A stretch of DNA of 64,000 nucleotides from Phallusia mammillata. Lineage: Eukaryota. The position numbers and the translations under genes were made by a program. Shown here piece after piece: positions 30,974 to 43,204 of this stretch. The first letter of the stretch is position 1. Each line of letters starts with the position of its first letter. A model generated the notes under the pieces. The model did no database searches and was not told the DNA's origin. It was given only the letters and a program-made list of their open reading frames with translations. Location: the NCBI GenBank assembly GCA_965637545.1, contig OZ281498.1, positions 22,382,001 to 22,446,000 on the forward strand. Reading direction: 5' to 3'.

Positions 30974-32406
30974 AAGAAGTGTTTTCATTGACATTTTTTA
31001 ACTTTTGTTTCGTTGTTGCTTTATTGGCACTTTTTTCAAACATTTAATTTCTTTTTAGTATATTTTAAATCTTACTAAATCGAAATCCCTTGCATTTGTG
31101 TAGCCTTACAATGCGATTTATTTTGTGTGGTCGATACTTATGTCCTCGTTACTGTTTAATTGTCTTCGCTGTTTTACAAATATCAATAAACGACCACACT
31201 TTCCTGTGTTTACACTTCAACGGTGAAAACAGTTTGGAATGTATAGTATCGTATTTTGTCTTTTCCAAATTACCATAGAGTGCAAATCATGGTACGCCAG
31301 ACCTATTGAAGATGCGATACCGAATCAAGTCAGTCTGTGCCTTGCCATATGGGAATGCTTGAGAGATTGACTTGATTCGGTATCAAGCCTTTAATATACC
31401 TGACGTACTTTGATTTGCAATGAGTAGAGCGTGATCGCTGGTCTACATCTACGCTTCAGGGCTGATCCCAGTATGAATATATTCATCTTGCTTACCATGA
31501 AGTGTGCGGATTTTTTTCCTCAACGAACTGTTGGTTTAAAAAACACCTATACGTATCTTTCATGCACGAATTGTTAGAAGCGACAAAGTTAAACGAAAAA
31601 GATTCATCGCAGAAATGTGTTCTTGATGACGGCTGCAAATTTACTGACTAATTCTTTCGCGTATGTCGTCAAATTTCAAACGCGTTTCGCCATACTAAAT
31701 TGAAAGCAACATTCTACTTGCTATTACTTGTTTAATGGTCGTTTAAAGGGAAGAAAAAGCTTGTTCATTTCATGTTTTACGCGCAAGCGGTTAGTTTTTC
31801 CGGGCCACTTACAGTCCTCCAACGCCAAGGCAAGTTTAATATGTAATAACTTTAATATGTGATAACTAATATGTGATAACTACGCGTCAGTGAAGCGATT
31901 TTGTCTCTTGAGAAACTAGCAAAAATTAAGCGTTTGACGATTTTTTTATTTATGTTTTATCACTACTGCTACCATTTTCATTTTTCAGCAAACAAAATCA
32001 GGAAGAAAAATAAGCGTTGATGTCAGTTATGAAAAAAGTTAGTTGTTTTTGTAGAGTATGTTCCGTTTACTGTGTGGAATTTTACTTCAGTTGAAGGACC
32101 TCATTTTACCCGAGCAATAGGGTAGATTAAACCAGCTGTCGTGCAATATTGGATCCAATTTTTCCATCAGTGTTACCGAAATGTTTCAACGCTTTCCGCA
32201 AAAGTGTCCTATTATAGCCCGCTTTTTCCTGCTAGTAGTTCTATTCAGGGCAATTAAAACGCTTCAGCACATCGATTTGTTCAACGTAAATCAAATAGCG
32301 TAGGCATATCATTTGAAATTGATAGTTTATTGGCAGGATACTCCATAATGTGTAACCTCCCATCCTAGGTGTTTAGCAAGCAGAATTGGATAGCAAAATA
32401 TACAAT

Positions 32407-35400
32407 ATGTCTTATGAGGATGTTCTTGAGCAAGTAGGTACTTTTGGCGTCTACCAGAAAAGAATTTGTTTGTTTTTGTTCTGCATTGGCTTCAGTGGTG
32501 GCCTGGGTAGTCTGACCATGATCTTTACTTTGTATTCACCCGACCACCATTGCAGGGTGTCTGGATTGAACAGGAGTCAGGTACAAATAAAACTTAACGT
32601 GCATATTTGTCCAAGTCACATAATTGGTTTTAATTTATGAAGGAATTTCATCCGTCAAACAACATGAATATCTCGGCCGAAGACAGATGCAAGGAACTGG
32701 TTTTGAATTCTGGGAATAATTCTTCAACAATACGATATGTGAACTTCACTAACAACTGCTGTTCGGAAGGTTGGTCGTTTGACGAACCTGAGGTCTCGAC
32801 CGTCATAACTGAGGTTAGAACCCAAACGATTACACTTATCCATTAATTCTCAGCGTACATGAATCCCAAAGCCTTAAACTTACGACACAAATCGAAAAGG
32901 CTAACGCGAAAGGGTTACCAATTCTTGGCGATAAATCATAGTACGCCAGGCCTATTAAAGACGTGTACCGAATCAGCTACTCTTGGTGATATGCATGATA
33001 TACCCAGCACTTTTTTTCCAATGTCAGATGTTGTAAAGGTATGTAATCTATAAACATCTGTAATCACACCACAGTATACAAGTCGTATTTGAGAAGCTTC
33101 GCCGTAAAATATTATCACGTTTCAGGTGTTCTTTAACAGTTTTTTTTTGCCTTTTTAGAAACTTGGTGAATGTACACTGAATACTGATAAATACTAAAAC
33201 CGTGTATGTGTGAATGTACATTGTGTTCGATAAATTCTGTTCTTACTTTTTCTAGTATAACTTGGTGTGTTCTGACGCTTGGAAAAAGCCGCTTGCTATA
33301 TCCATGTTTATGTTGGGTGCAATTGTGGGAATTTACATTGGAGGACTACTCTCTGACAGGTTGCCTTTGAAACCTATGCTAGAATCCTATAGTGGTCATG
33401 ATTCCCTTTTTACAAACTTGTCTCTATGTGTAGATTTGGAAGGAGGCCTATTCTCTTGGCATGTGTGCTTCTGAAATTTTTGCTCATGTTCGCCCTAGGC
33501 TTTCCCACTACCATCACATCATATATTGTGCTGATGGCATTTGCGGGTGTTTTCCTTCACGCGAATTACTGCACTACATTCGTTCTTGGTGGGTCATCGA
33601 TCTATCTATTGTACAGTTGTACATAGCACAACTCTTAGGTCTTTTTTTAAATTTTACGTTTGTTATTCTGTTGAACCGGCAGGGCAAGAACTTGTAGGCA
33701 AAGAACACAGGAATAAGGTTTCGTTCAGTTTATATGGAGGCTACTGCTTTATTGCCGCTACAGTTCCGATTCTTGGTTGGATTTTCAATGACTGGCGGTG
33801 GCTTATGAGATGTACGGGACTTATAGGGCTACTTTACATCCCACTATACTGGTGAGGAAATGTCAGATAAAATGCACATTTATCGATTAGTCGTGGTCAC
33901 GTTTTGTTGACCTGGTTCTAAACTCATTTAGTAGAGAGACGAGTTTCCGGTGTAATTTACCAATTGCAATGGCAAAAAAAAACATCAAAGCGTCGAAGTA
34001 AACAACGATGCTCTGTTGATCTGGAAATATAGGTTGGTACCGGAGTCACCTTTGTGGTATCTCTCATCTGGCCAAGGCGAGAAAGCCACAACTGTGCTTG
34101 CTACGATTGCAAAAGTCAACGGAAAACCTCATCCTGGGCAACATGTTGTGGCAGTGTTTAAGTCGAATGTGAGTACCAATGGGAATACTTTATTTCCAAC
34201 TACATCTTCGTACGTGCAAAAAGGCTTTGTTTTTGTTGGTTGCTTGCGCAGGAAGAATCAAAACTGGTTGATGGTGAAGCGAAAATGGAAATGTCTGCAA
34301 GATATCAGATGCTTCAAATAATTACAGTCCCAACAATTCGTCTCAGAATTCTTGTCGCAAGTTTTTCATGGTAGGTTTTTTACCATCTGCCAAATGGAAA
34401 TTAGGACTTTTTAGCAAACTTCGTTGTGTTGAATTATCATCGGTTTGTTCACTAGTCAAGTGTACAACATGTCAAATCTAAGTCAAGTATTATGCCTAGC
34501 AGCAATACCTTATATATTTGTCAAATCTAAACAAGTACGTGTATTTGTCACCCTTTGTGCTCAAAACAAATCAGCGAACTCTATATCGGCGGTTGTTCAA
34601 GTAGAATTGCGGATTACAGCACAAGGTTTTAAAGCATACAAAATGATTTATTTCTAAACTACATCCGCCTTTGTAGGTTGGTGACAAATATGGTTTACTA
34701 CGCTCTTGCTTTGAATATCAGCGCTTTCAGTGGCGATCGGTTTATAAACGCTGCCATTTCTGGGCTTCTGGAATATCCAGGAATCATTATGGGGTCACTG
34801 ATTATCCAGTGGATTGGAAGACCTGTGTCTTTGTCGCTTCTCATGGGAGCAGGGGGAATGTGTCTTGCCGCGGCTCCCTTTGCTCAAACAGGTGAAACTA
34901 AGTTGAGCGATTATCGGCCTTTTCGTGCTCTGACAACACGCAAAATCCTTATGCTAATCTTAAATTTGCGCTAATCCCAAACGCACTTCATTGAAACACA
35001 CATTTACGATCCGTTAGCTTTGATCTTTAAAGATTTTTCATGTCTTGAGGTAAACGATGTACCAGAAGCTGTTTTGGGCATTAATAATAACGCAAACCAA
35101 ATAAAATCCCTCCATTGCGCTATGCTAGTTGATCTACAAAACCCAGTGTGGTAATTTGCACTTTTGTGCGACTTTGAGAACGAAAAACACGTTTCGTAAA
35201 ATGTTAAATTTCTCAGGATAGTACTTGAGACACAGGGTCTCTTAATAGTACATTTTCACCAATTTTTGTAATATGCAACATAAAGAAACATTTATTTTCA
35301 GTAAGCGCTGGTTTTACCACGGCGTTGGTGATTATCGGAAAAACTTTCATCATCGGAGCATTTTACATCAACTTCAGCATCACAGGAGAAATGTCGCCCA

Positions 35401-36351
35401 CTCTTCTGCGAAACGCTTCCATCGGTGTAACATCTGCCATAGGAAAGATTGGAAGCTTTCTAGCTCCTTATCTTATGTTTCTAGGTACGTTTGTTTCCAA
35501 CCTCGCAACAATTAGAGAATTTTTGTAGAATCCAGGCCAGCAGTAAATTGATTAGGACCCGGAAAGACTCCCGTCGTGGGTTCGAATCCCACCGCAGGCT
35601 AGATTTTTCTAGCCTACGCTATGCCATATGGTGGTGAATGCTTGGTGCGGTCGGTTGATTCGGTATGACGCCTTCAATAGACCTGGCGTACTATGATTTG
35701 AATAGGAATTTGTGATAACGTACGAAAATTTAAAAGTTGTATTCTTAAACGTTGACTTAAATTATTTGTTTTCGAATCAAAGGGGTTTGAAGGCAAACTG
35801 CAAAAGGCTCATCGAGATGGTTAGTGTTGATTGCTTTATAATTATTTTGTGCAAAGGTGAAACCAACCGTTATCTCCCGTTTTTTGTCATGGGCGGTCTG
35901 TCGTGCATTTCATCGCTTTTGACGATTTTGTTTTTACCGGAAACAATGAAAAAAGTTCTGCCCGATTCTCCTGCGGACGCTGAACGCCTAAAACCGTAAG
36001 TAAAAATACTCTCTTAAGTGTATTAATAAAAATCCCGATTTTTGAACATGAAAAAAAGAAATCACAAAATGTGTTTTGCTCTCCAAAGATTAAACACATT
36101 TTAAATTATTCAACTTACCGACATACACTATCTTTGTTCTTATAAACGTGTTGGCTAAAAAACTTGTTTTTAATTAGTTATATTTGATTTTACCAAGGCT
36201 CTTGAACATATGAATCAGAGTTTTCATGATAGTGAATTGTCTGCATAAACTGGAATTACACGTTGCATTTTTTTGTATTTTTTTTCAAAGTGTGATCAGG
36301 AACTGTTGCGTAAAACGGAAAACTGAGTTGGTTGCAACCGGGAACCTGTAA
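32407..36351 (+). CDS. SLC22 organic cation/carnitine transporter-like MFS protein, copy A (541 aa)
   Basis: 11 exons (32407-32580, 32643-32813, 33256-33359, 33434-33588, 33683-33851, 34033-34168, 34252-34370, 34677-34891, 35302-35484, 35857-35995, 36291-36351) total 1626 nt. Motifs MSYEDVLEQVGTFGVYQ, DHHCRV, YNLVC, LSDRFGRRP, VPESPLW, GEMSPTLLRN and FLPET are typical of SLC22. Confidence 0.93.
35532..35705 (+). mobile_element. tRNA-derived SINE remnant
   Basis: Pol III B-box GGTTCGAATCC at 35579-35589 followed by a non-tRNA body, with no cloverleaf. A second B-box remnant lies at 29796-29808. Confidence 0.55.
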
Positions 36352-37119
36352 TTGTGGATTTGTAAGTGAAGCACGTGGCCATCCTTCCATAAAAGCACAC
36401 TAACCCACAACGCTCAACACACAAATGATTAATAACTGCAATTGAGTTCATCCATGCAATAAAAGACGGAACAATTAATAAAGTATCGCTTCCAGTGCAA
36501 ACTATGTTTTGATTATTTTAGTTTAGAAATATATATTTATTTTGTAAAAACAATTCCCTCTACAACTGGGCTGTAAACTGGCTTCGTTATTTTTTTGTTT
36601 TTATGTTAAGATATATCACTACGCATCCATTAGCAAGCGGATTAAACTTAGTTTAACTTTACTCAGTTCAAAGTAATTTTATCACCAATTTGTCCCAGGC
36701 TAAAAGATAATATTAGAAATTCGTCACCATATTGTATTTGATCCGAAATCAAATCTACTGAATTCAAATTGTTCAAGAGGTCAAGATGCCGTAAAGAGAA
36801 TGAAATGTTTTCCACATTTAAAAAACATAACTTATTTTCACACTTTCTTGGTTTGGCAGTTTATCCGATTTTATGTAAATGCTTTGCCCCACTGTAGTTC
36901 TGTAAAAAAATTTGACGTCACTTCTGCTACACCAAAATCACCAAACCTGATTAATCATGGGTGCTTATCAACAAAATAAAAAAGAGTAATTTATAATCAA
37001 AACTGAGTCATATACACGCGGCGCCACATTGATATTTGCAGCTTTTAGAAATATTATTTTCATCTGATTTTGTTGCGTAAAACTTTCATACATATGTGTA
37101 CGTTTTGTCTAGCTGGAAA

Positions 37120-38111
37120 ATGGCAGTTGTTATTCTTATGTCTTTGTATTTTTTGAAGTTCGCGTTAGTGTCTTGCCAGAATTACTATACAGGTAAGGTT
37201 AGGCACGTAGTAATTCCACTGAAAAACAACACTAAGATTGACTATACCATTTCAGCAAAGTACGAAAATCTTGGCTGTTGGAAAGATGTGGAAGGTTTGC
37301 CAGCGATCGCTGAAGCCAGAAACAAATTAAACGTTTTGGATGGTGATTACAAAACTCGAGAGCTGGCAATAGTAAAGTGTGCGAGAGAAGCTGTTCACAG
37401 TTCGTACGAAGTATTTGCACTGCAAGTGAGTACTACTTTGACGAATATTCATTAAAACTTTCAAACATGAAATAAGTGGCAAACAATTTTATATCTGTTG
37501 TCACGCAGTTTGTTTTATTTTCAGGACAATGGGAAATGTATGACGTCATGTGACGCAATACACAGGTATTCCATGTTCGGTGAATCCCACAATTGCAGAA
37601 CAAACGGCAGGGGAGGGTTGAACGCCAATCAAGTTTACAAACTACGAACAACTGCAACCGGTATGATGTCGAAATCGCGTAATAAGCCAGAATGTGTTGT
37701 TTGGATGACTTTAGTTACATTCTTGTATAGTTTTTCAATATTTAAACAACATGTTAACAAATCGATCAGTGGATATGTATTCTTATAATTGCAGTAACTC
37801 TGGATGACCTTGGCTGCTGGAACTTCACCAGACCGCGATCAATCCCACGTTTGGAGGAATCTCACCCTTTATTGACTGGTAATTACAGAAATAGAAAAGA
37901 GGCCATCGCAAAATGCGCCCAAGTTGTCTACGAGCGAGATTATGAGGTGCTTGCCCTTGAAGATGGTGGGAAATGCTTTAGCTCGGCAGACGCAAGTGAA
38001 ACTTACAACGTCCAAGGGGCGAGTGATGCATGCGCCGAAGATGGAAAGGGTGAAGAATCGGTGATTCAGGTTTACCGAATCCGAATCGTTGAAGAAGTTT
38101 CGTTTCATTAA
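37120..38111 (+). CDS. Secreted protein with two tandem WSC-like domains, array copy 1 (231 aa)
   Basis: Exons 37120-37192, 37256-37425, 37525-37660 and 37795-38111 total 696 nt. Signal peptide MAVVILMSLYFLKFALVSC. Each domain reads LGCW..AIxKC..LQ/EDxGKC..C..G.G..QVY. Confidence 0.85.
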
Positions 38112-39125
38112 AGTTGAAACAATGCTACTAATGACAATTGAATGTCACCCGTGTTATTCTTTATATGCTACATTGGAAAACCGTTTTCATAACACGTTGT
38201 TTCACATTAACTGACTTGAAACGAATTCTGCTTTAGTTGAAACACCGTATTGTTGCCTTTAAAACTCGCTAAATGTGCGTGTCTCTTGTGCTGCATTTTA
38301 CACAAACAATTATAAACCATAGAACGAGTCGCTAAATAATTAACAGCACATTAAATAAAAAACATGTGGCCAAACGACGGTTCTCTAAAAACTTAGCGAT
38401 CATTTTATTTGCCATGACTTCATTACTGTAAATATCAAGTTGAGCTTCAAACAAAGAGTTAATTTTCACCCTAAAATGGTGTAATATTGTTCCCAAAAAC
38501 GTGAATGTAAAGCGTTTTAAAGCAGTTTACTCTCAGATGGTTAATAAGGGGCATCAGCTATGCTTCGAAACCCAACTAATTTGCGCACATAGCTTAGGTA
38601 ATCTATAGCCTGGTACATTTAGTAGCTGTATCTGCCGCCGTAAAGTTTGTTTTCTTTGCCTAAAAACAAAACCGTCCGGTTGGCCTAAACACAACCCATT
38701 ACGCTTTAATGAAGTGCAGCATCGATTTTGAAATTTGACAACTTAAACAAATAAGTTAGCCTTCGTTTAATTAGCTGGAAAATGTTTGTTTTCCGTTAAT
38801 CTATTAACCAATGGTAATCTATACGAAATGATTTAATATAAAGCGATGACTGAGCAAAAAATCACAGCCAGTATTTGTGCGTAAAACATGACGATGTCGT
38901 TTTTGGTTTTACAAAAAAAAAAACGATTTTAGGTTACAACAGGTCACCCAACTATGATTCATGCCAGTTAATCATTCATCTAGACGTCACAAATATGAAC
39001 CCAAAATGAGTTTACATTTTAGAACCAAACCGCACGAAAATATTTCCATCATCCCGTTGTTATTAGCAGTTAAAGTCATTGACATTCAACTCGCCCTGAT
39101 TTTCTAAAAAAATGCTACAAAGTTG

Positions 39126-39177
39126 AGCTGCAAACAGGGAACACTGTTTCGACCTATAATGTCTCATCAGTGCAGCT
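39126..39177 (-). ncRNA. Type I hammerhead ribozyme motif with an intact core
   Basis: Minus strand: AGCTGCA-CTGATGA-GAC-ATTATAG-GTC-GAAAC-AG-TGTTCC-CT-GTT-TGCAGCT. It has a 7-bp stem I, 3-bp stem II, 4-bp stem III and a GUU cleavage triplet (predicted cut between 39133 and 39132). Confidence 0.8.
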
Positions 39178-39420
39178 GGTCGAAACAGTCTGCACTGATG
39201 ATTTTCTGCTACCAAGTTGTTTTTACGAAACCCGAGTATTTGCACTGAAAATGCGCGTCAATTTAGTTTGATATATATAGAAATAACTGTTTAAGTTTGA
39301 TTTATGATCGTCTCAAATTCACTGATATGAAAAGTTAATAGAAACATTAATAAAATTCTATTGTCCAGTTTATTATGTTTGGTCTTATGGAAAATATACG
39401 ACATCATATAACGCAATACA

Positions 39421-39517
39421 GAGCTATTCTAGATTCGGGGAATACCAAAACTTCAAGAAAAACGTAAGTGGACGGTTAAACGCAAATGAAGTTTACAAAC
39501 TACGTTCAACTGCAACC
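39421..39517 (+). pseudogene. Degenerate exon-3 remnant of the WSC-like array
   Basis: AACGCAAATGAAGTTTACAAACTACGTTCAACTGCAACC matches the 3' end of exon 3 (NANQVYKLRTTAT). The upstream part carries indels. Confidence 0.75.
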
Positions 39518-40000
39518 TGCGCTTTGACGTGGTTTTATACCAAAGTTGTTCTCGGCTTTTGTGTAAGCTAGGCAAAACTTACTGAAAATCGGGTCTTATA
39601 ATGAATGCATTATTATTAATTGTTTGGCCACGTATATTTCTTTGTTATTCACCAAACCTAACCAATACTACTTATGCATTAACACAAACATCGTCATATT
39701 TTTGTACATTTTCCTAATGCAAACAAAAGGTTACTCTAAAGCCGCCGGTTTATTTCCAGTAACAAAAATGCATCAATTTTTGTGTGGATTTTTTGCTGTT
39801 TCGCAAGGTCATTATGGGGTGACCAAATCTGAATAATGTTGATTACTCACTAACACTGTGTTGTAAAGGTGAATCAAATTTACATCCCCGTTATATAACT
39901 AAAACTAAGAACAAAAACATGCGTTATATCATTGCGTTTGTTGTACATGTCATTGAAAATAGTTATAATTTAGTTTTACGTTCAGGTGCCGAGTTTTAAC

Positions 40001-40921
40001 ATGTCAGCCGATATGTTCATGATTCTGTGGTTTATTGGTTTTACGTTTGTTGGTGGTCAGAATTATTATGCAGGTGAGGATAAGAAAGCCTGTAGGAACA
40101 TTGCTCGAGTACCAACTCTGATTTAAATTCATCTTTTGTGCAGCAAAGTACGAAAATCTTTGCTGTTGGAAAGATGTGGAAGGTTTGCCAGCGATCGCTG
40201 AAGCCAGAAACAAATCAAATGTTTTGGATGGTGATTACAAAACTCGAGAGCTGGCAATAGTAAAGTGTGCGAGAGAAGCTGCTCACAGTTCGTATGAAGT
40301 ATTTGCACTGCAAGTACATGCTACTTTGACGAATATTCTTGTTCAAAACATGGCAAAAACTTTACATCTTTTGTCACGCCGTTTGTTTTGTTTTCAGGAC
40401 AGTGGGAAATGTATGACGTCATGTGACGCAATACACAGGTATTCAATGTTCGGGGAATCCCTAAACTGTAGTGAAAACGGAAGGGGAGGGTTGAATGCTA
40501 ATCAAGTTTACAAACTACGAACTGCCACAACAGGTATGACTTCAATATTGCCTAAAGTTCATTTTCAGAATGTTTATTAAACATTTTAAAACTAGTAAAC
40601 CTGGACGATCTTGGGTGCTGGCGTGACAGTGAGGAACGTACAATCCCGTTATTGGATGGAACTCACCCTTTGTTGATGGATTGGTTTAGAGATCGTAAAG
40701 ATGCCATCGCAAAATGCGTCCAGGTTGCCTACGAATTAGGTTATGATGTCATCGGTTTGCAAGAAGGGGGGCAGTGCATTAGTTCGGCAAACGCAAATCT
40801 AACTTACATCAATTACAATCCAGCAAGTGACGGTTGCGAGGAACATGGAAAGGGTGGTATATGGCGAATACAGTTCTACCGAATGCGCGCCGTTGAGAAA
40901 AAGCAGTTTGATCACTGTTAA
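40001..40921 (+). CDS. Secreted double WSC-like protein, array copy 2 (234 aa)
   Basis: Exons 40001-40073, 40144-40313, 40398-40533 and 40596-40921 total 705 nt. Signal MSADMFMILWFIGFTFVGG. Exon structure is the same as copy 1. Confidence 0.85.
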
Positions 40922-42288
40922 ATTTCTGCTACTCTCGTGGAACACGACTTTACTGTATTTTAAAGTGTGGGCTACAATTGGTCGTTTGTATTTCCAGAAA
41001 CCTAATCATAATATAACACTGTTGTCTAAAGTTAAGTGATCCGTTTGTATTTTTGGTCGTTACTCCGTAGTAAGCATTGTATACTACTCAGCGCAAGTTG
41101 TTAATACCCAAAAATATTCCCTCCAAAATGCCCCACACGCAAATTCGTATCTTCTCATCATCAGGAAACTGGCTTTCCTTTCCAAAACAGATTTAACATC
41201 AGTCTTTGTTTTCTATTTGATAAAACTATGCGTCAAACGCAACTGCAGCATCCATTGTATTTGTTCATTACCTGTAATAATTGCTGTTTACAAGTGCACC
41301 TTGTTTACGCAAGCCTTTCAAATTCTTCAAAAACTAGCACATAGCCTACTTTTTTGTGTGACGCTTACCGAAGGCATCTGTTTGCTTGAGATGTGAATCA
41401 CTCAGACACAATCAGTGTGGACTTTAGTATGGTGATTGTCAAAGGATTTTAACGAGTTCGTTTTTACCCTCTTTCGAATAGATATAACAAACGATGATTT
41501 AGTGTACAGTCGACCCTTTATGTTATGTGTTAAATACAATTGAAGCGTTTCAACATTTTGTGCACTAACATCATACATGTCAACTACATGTGAAACGCTT
41601 TAGATATGACTTGAGATTTCAGGGTCTTTATCGAAATAAAAGCGAACTGAAAAGGACTACAAATAATACATTTGCTAGTAGAGCGTTATTAAGTTTATAG
41701 AACTTGTACAAAAACTACAAAACTGTACAAAACGTAAGGCCAGGTTAGCAGAAAGTTTGCATTCCACGACCAATAAAACTTTTTGTTTAATCCTCGGTTC
41801 ACTCAAGGCGTTAAACTGAAGCTTTGTGGATTTGGGCTTAAAAATTGATTTTTTCCCTTACTTTGAAGCCGCCACTACAGGTTTGTTACCATTTAATTTG
41901 TTATCTGAATTAACCACAAAATATAATGGCATATATAAGACAATTGACTAGCTTTACCAAACCTTACATAACAATATAATGCATTGACGTTTGTGGGGCA
42001 AAAAAAGTTAGCTAAAAGGTTACAAATAAATTCACAATGTCATCAGCCGGTCACAACAGCACCATATTATGATTAGTGTTAGTTATTTATCAATACGTTG
42101 TCACATAGGTGAACCCATTTCAAATTCGTATTTCAAATATTCGTATTTTCATCAAAAAAAAAACTGAAACAAAAATTATGCGTCATTTTTATTATCATGC
42201 AGGTTATGCAACAGTGGTTTGTATTTGCACTTGTGGTATAAAATGCCAACAAATTTAGGGTCTTTGTTCACAACGCGAACCCAACAAA

Positions 42289-43204
42289 ATGGCGGTTGTT
42301 ATGTTAATGATATTGTTTTTTTTTTGAGATTTTGCTTGTGTCGTGTCAGACTTACTACACGGGTAAGATTGAGACAGTCTGTATCAACTTAACAAGTCTA
42401 TTTCCAATAACTGTTTTTCAGCAAAGTACGAAAATCTTGGTTGTTGGAAAGATGTGGAAAGTTTGCCAGCGATTGCTGAAGCCAGAAACATATTAAATGT
42501 TTTGGATGGCGATTACAAAACTCGAGAGCTGGCCATAGTAAAGTGTGCGAGAGAAGCTGCTTACAGTTCGTATGAAGTATTTGCACTGCAAGTGAGTACT
42601 ACTTTGACGAATATTCTTCAAAACATGAACAAAACATGGCAAAAACTTTACATCTTTTATCACGCAGTTTGTTTTGTTTCCAGGACGATGGGAAGTGTAT
42701 GACGTCATGTGACGCAATACACAGGTATTCCATGTTCGGGGAATCCCATAATTGTAGTGAAAACGGAAGAGGAGGGTTGAATGCCAATCAAGTTTACAAA
42801 CTACGAACAACCGCAACTGGTATGATGTCAATATTGCTTAAAGTTCATTTTCAAAATATTTATTAAACATTTTAAAACTAGTAAACCTGGACGATCTTGG
42901 GTGCTGGCGTGACACTCCGGACCGTGCAATCCCGTTATTGGATGGAACTCACCCTTTGTTGATGGATTTCTACGGAAGTAGGAAAGATGCTATTGCAAAA
43001 TGCGTCCAGGTTGCTTACGAATTAGGTTATGACGTCATCGCTTTGCAAGATGGCGGAGAGTGCTTCAGTTCGGCAAACGCAAATGAAACTTACAACATTT
43101 ACGGGCCAAATAACCAATGCGAGGAACATGGAAAGGGTGGTACGTGGTCATTACAGGTCTACCGAATGCGCGTAGTTGAGAAAAAGCAGTTTGATCACAG
43201 TTAA
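42289..43204 (+). CDS. Secreted double WSC-like protein, array copy 3 (1-nt frameshift in exon 1 as assembled; 233 aa if corrected)
   Basis: Exons 42289-42362, 42422-42591, 42684-42819 and 42882-43204. The T10 run at 42316-42325 creates TGA at 42325-42327, whereas T9 restores a 24-codon exon matching copy 1. Confidence 0.75.

Noticed and set aside
35579-35589. GGTTCGAATCC considered as a tRNA gene
   Set aside because: No acceptor, D or anticodon stems can be built around it. It is kept only as a SINE remnant.
37193-37255. Read-through ORF 37096-37455 as a single exon
   Set aside because: The 63-nt GT-AG segment is an intron at the same position as the 70- and 59-nt introns of copies 2 and 3. 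It is stop-free in frame, so retention is possible but unsupported.
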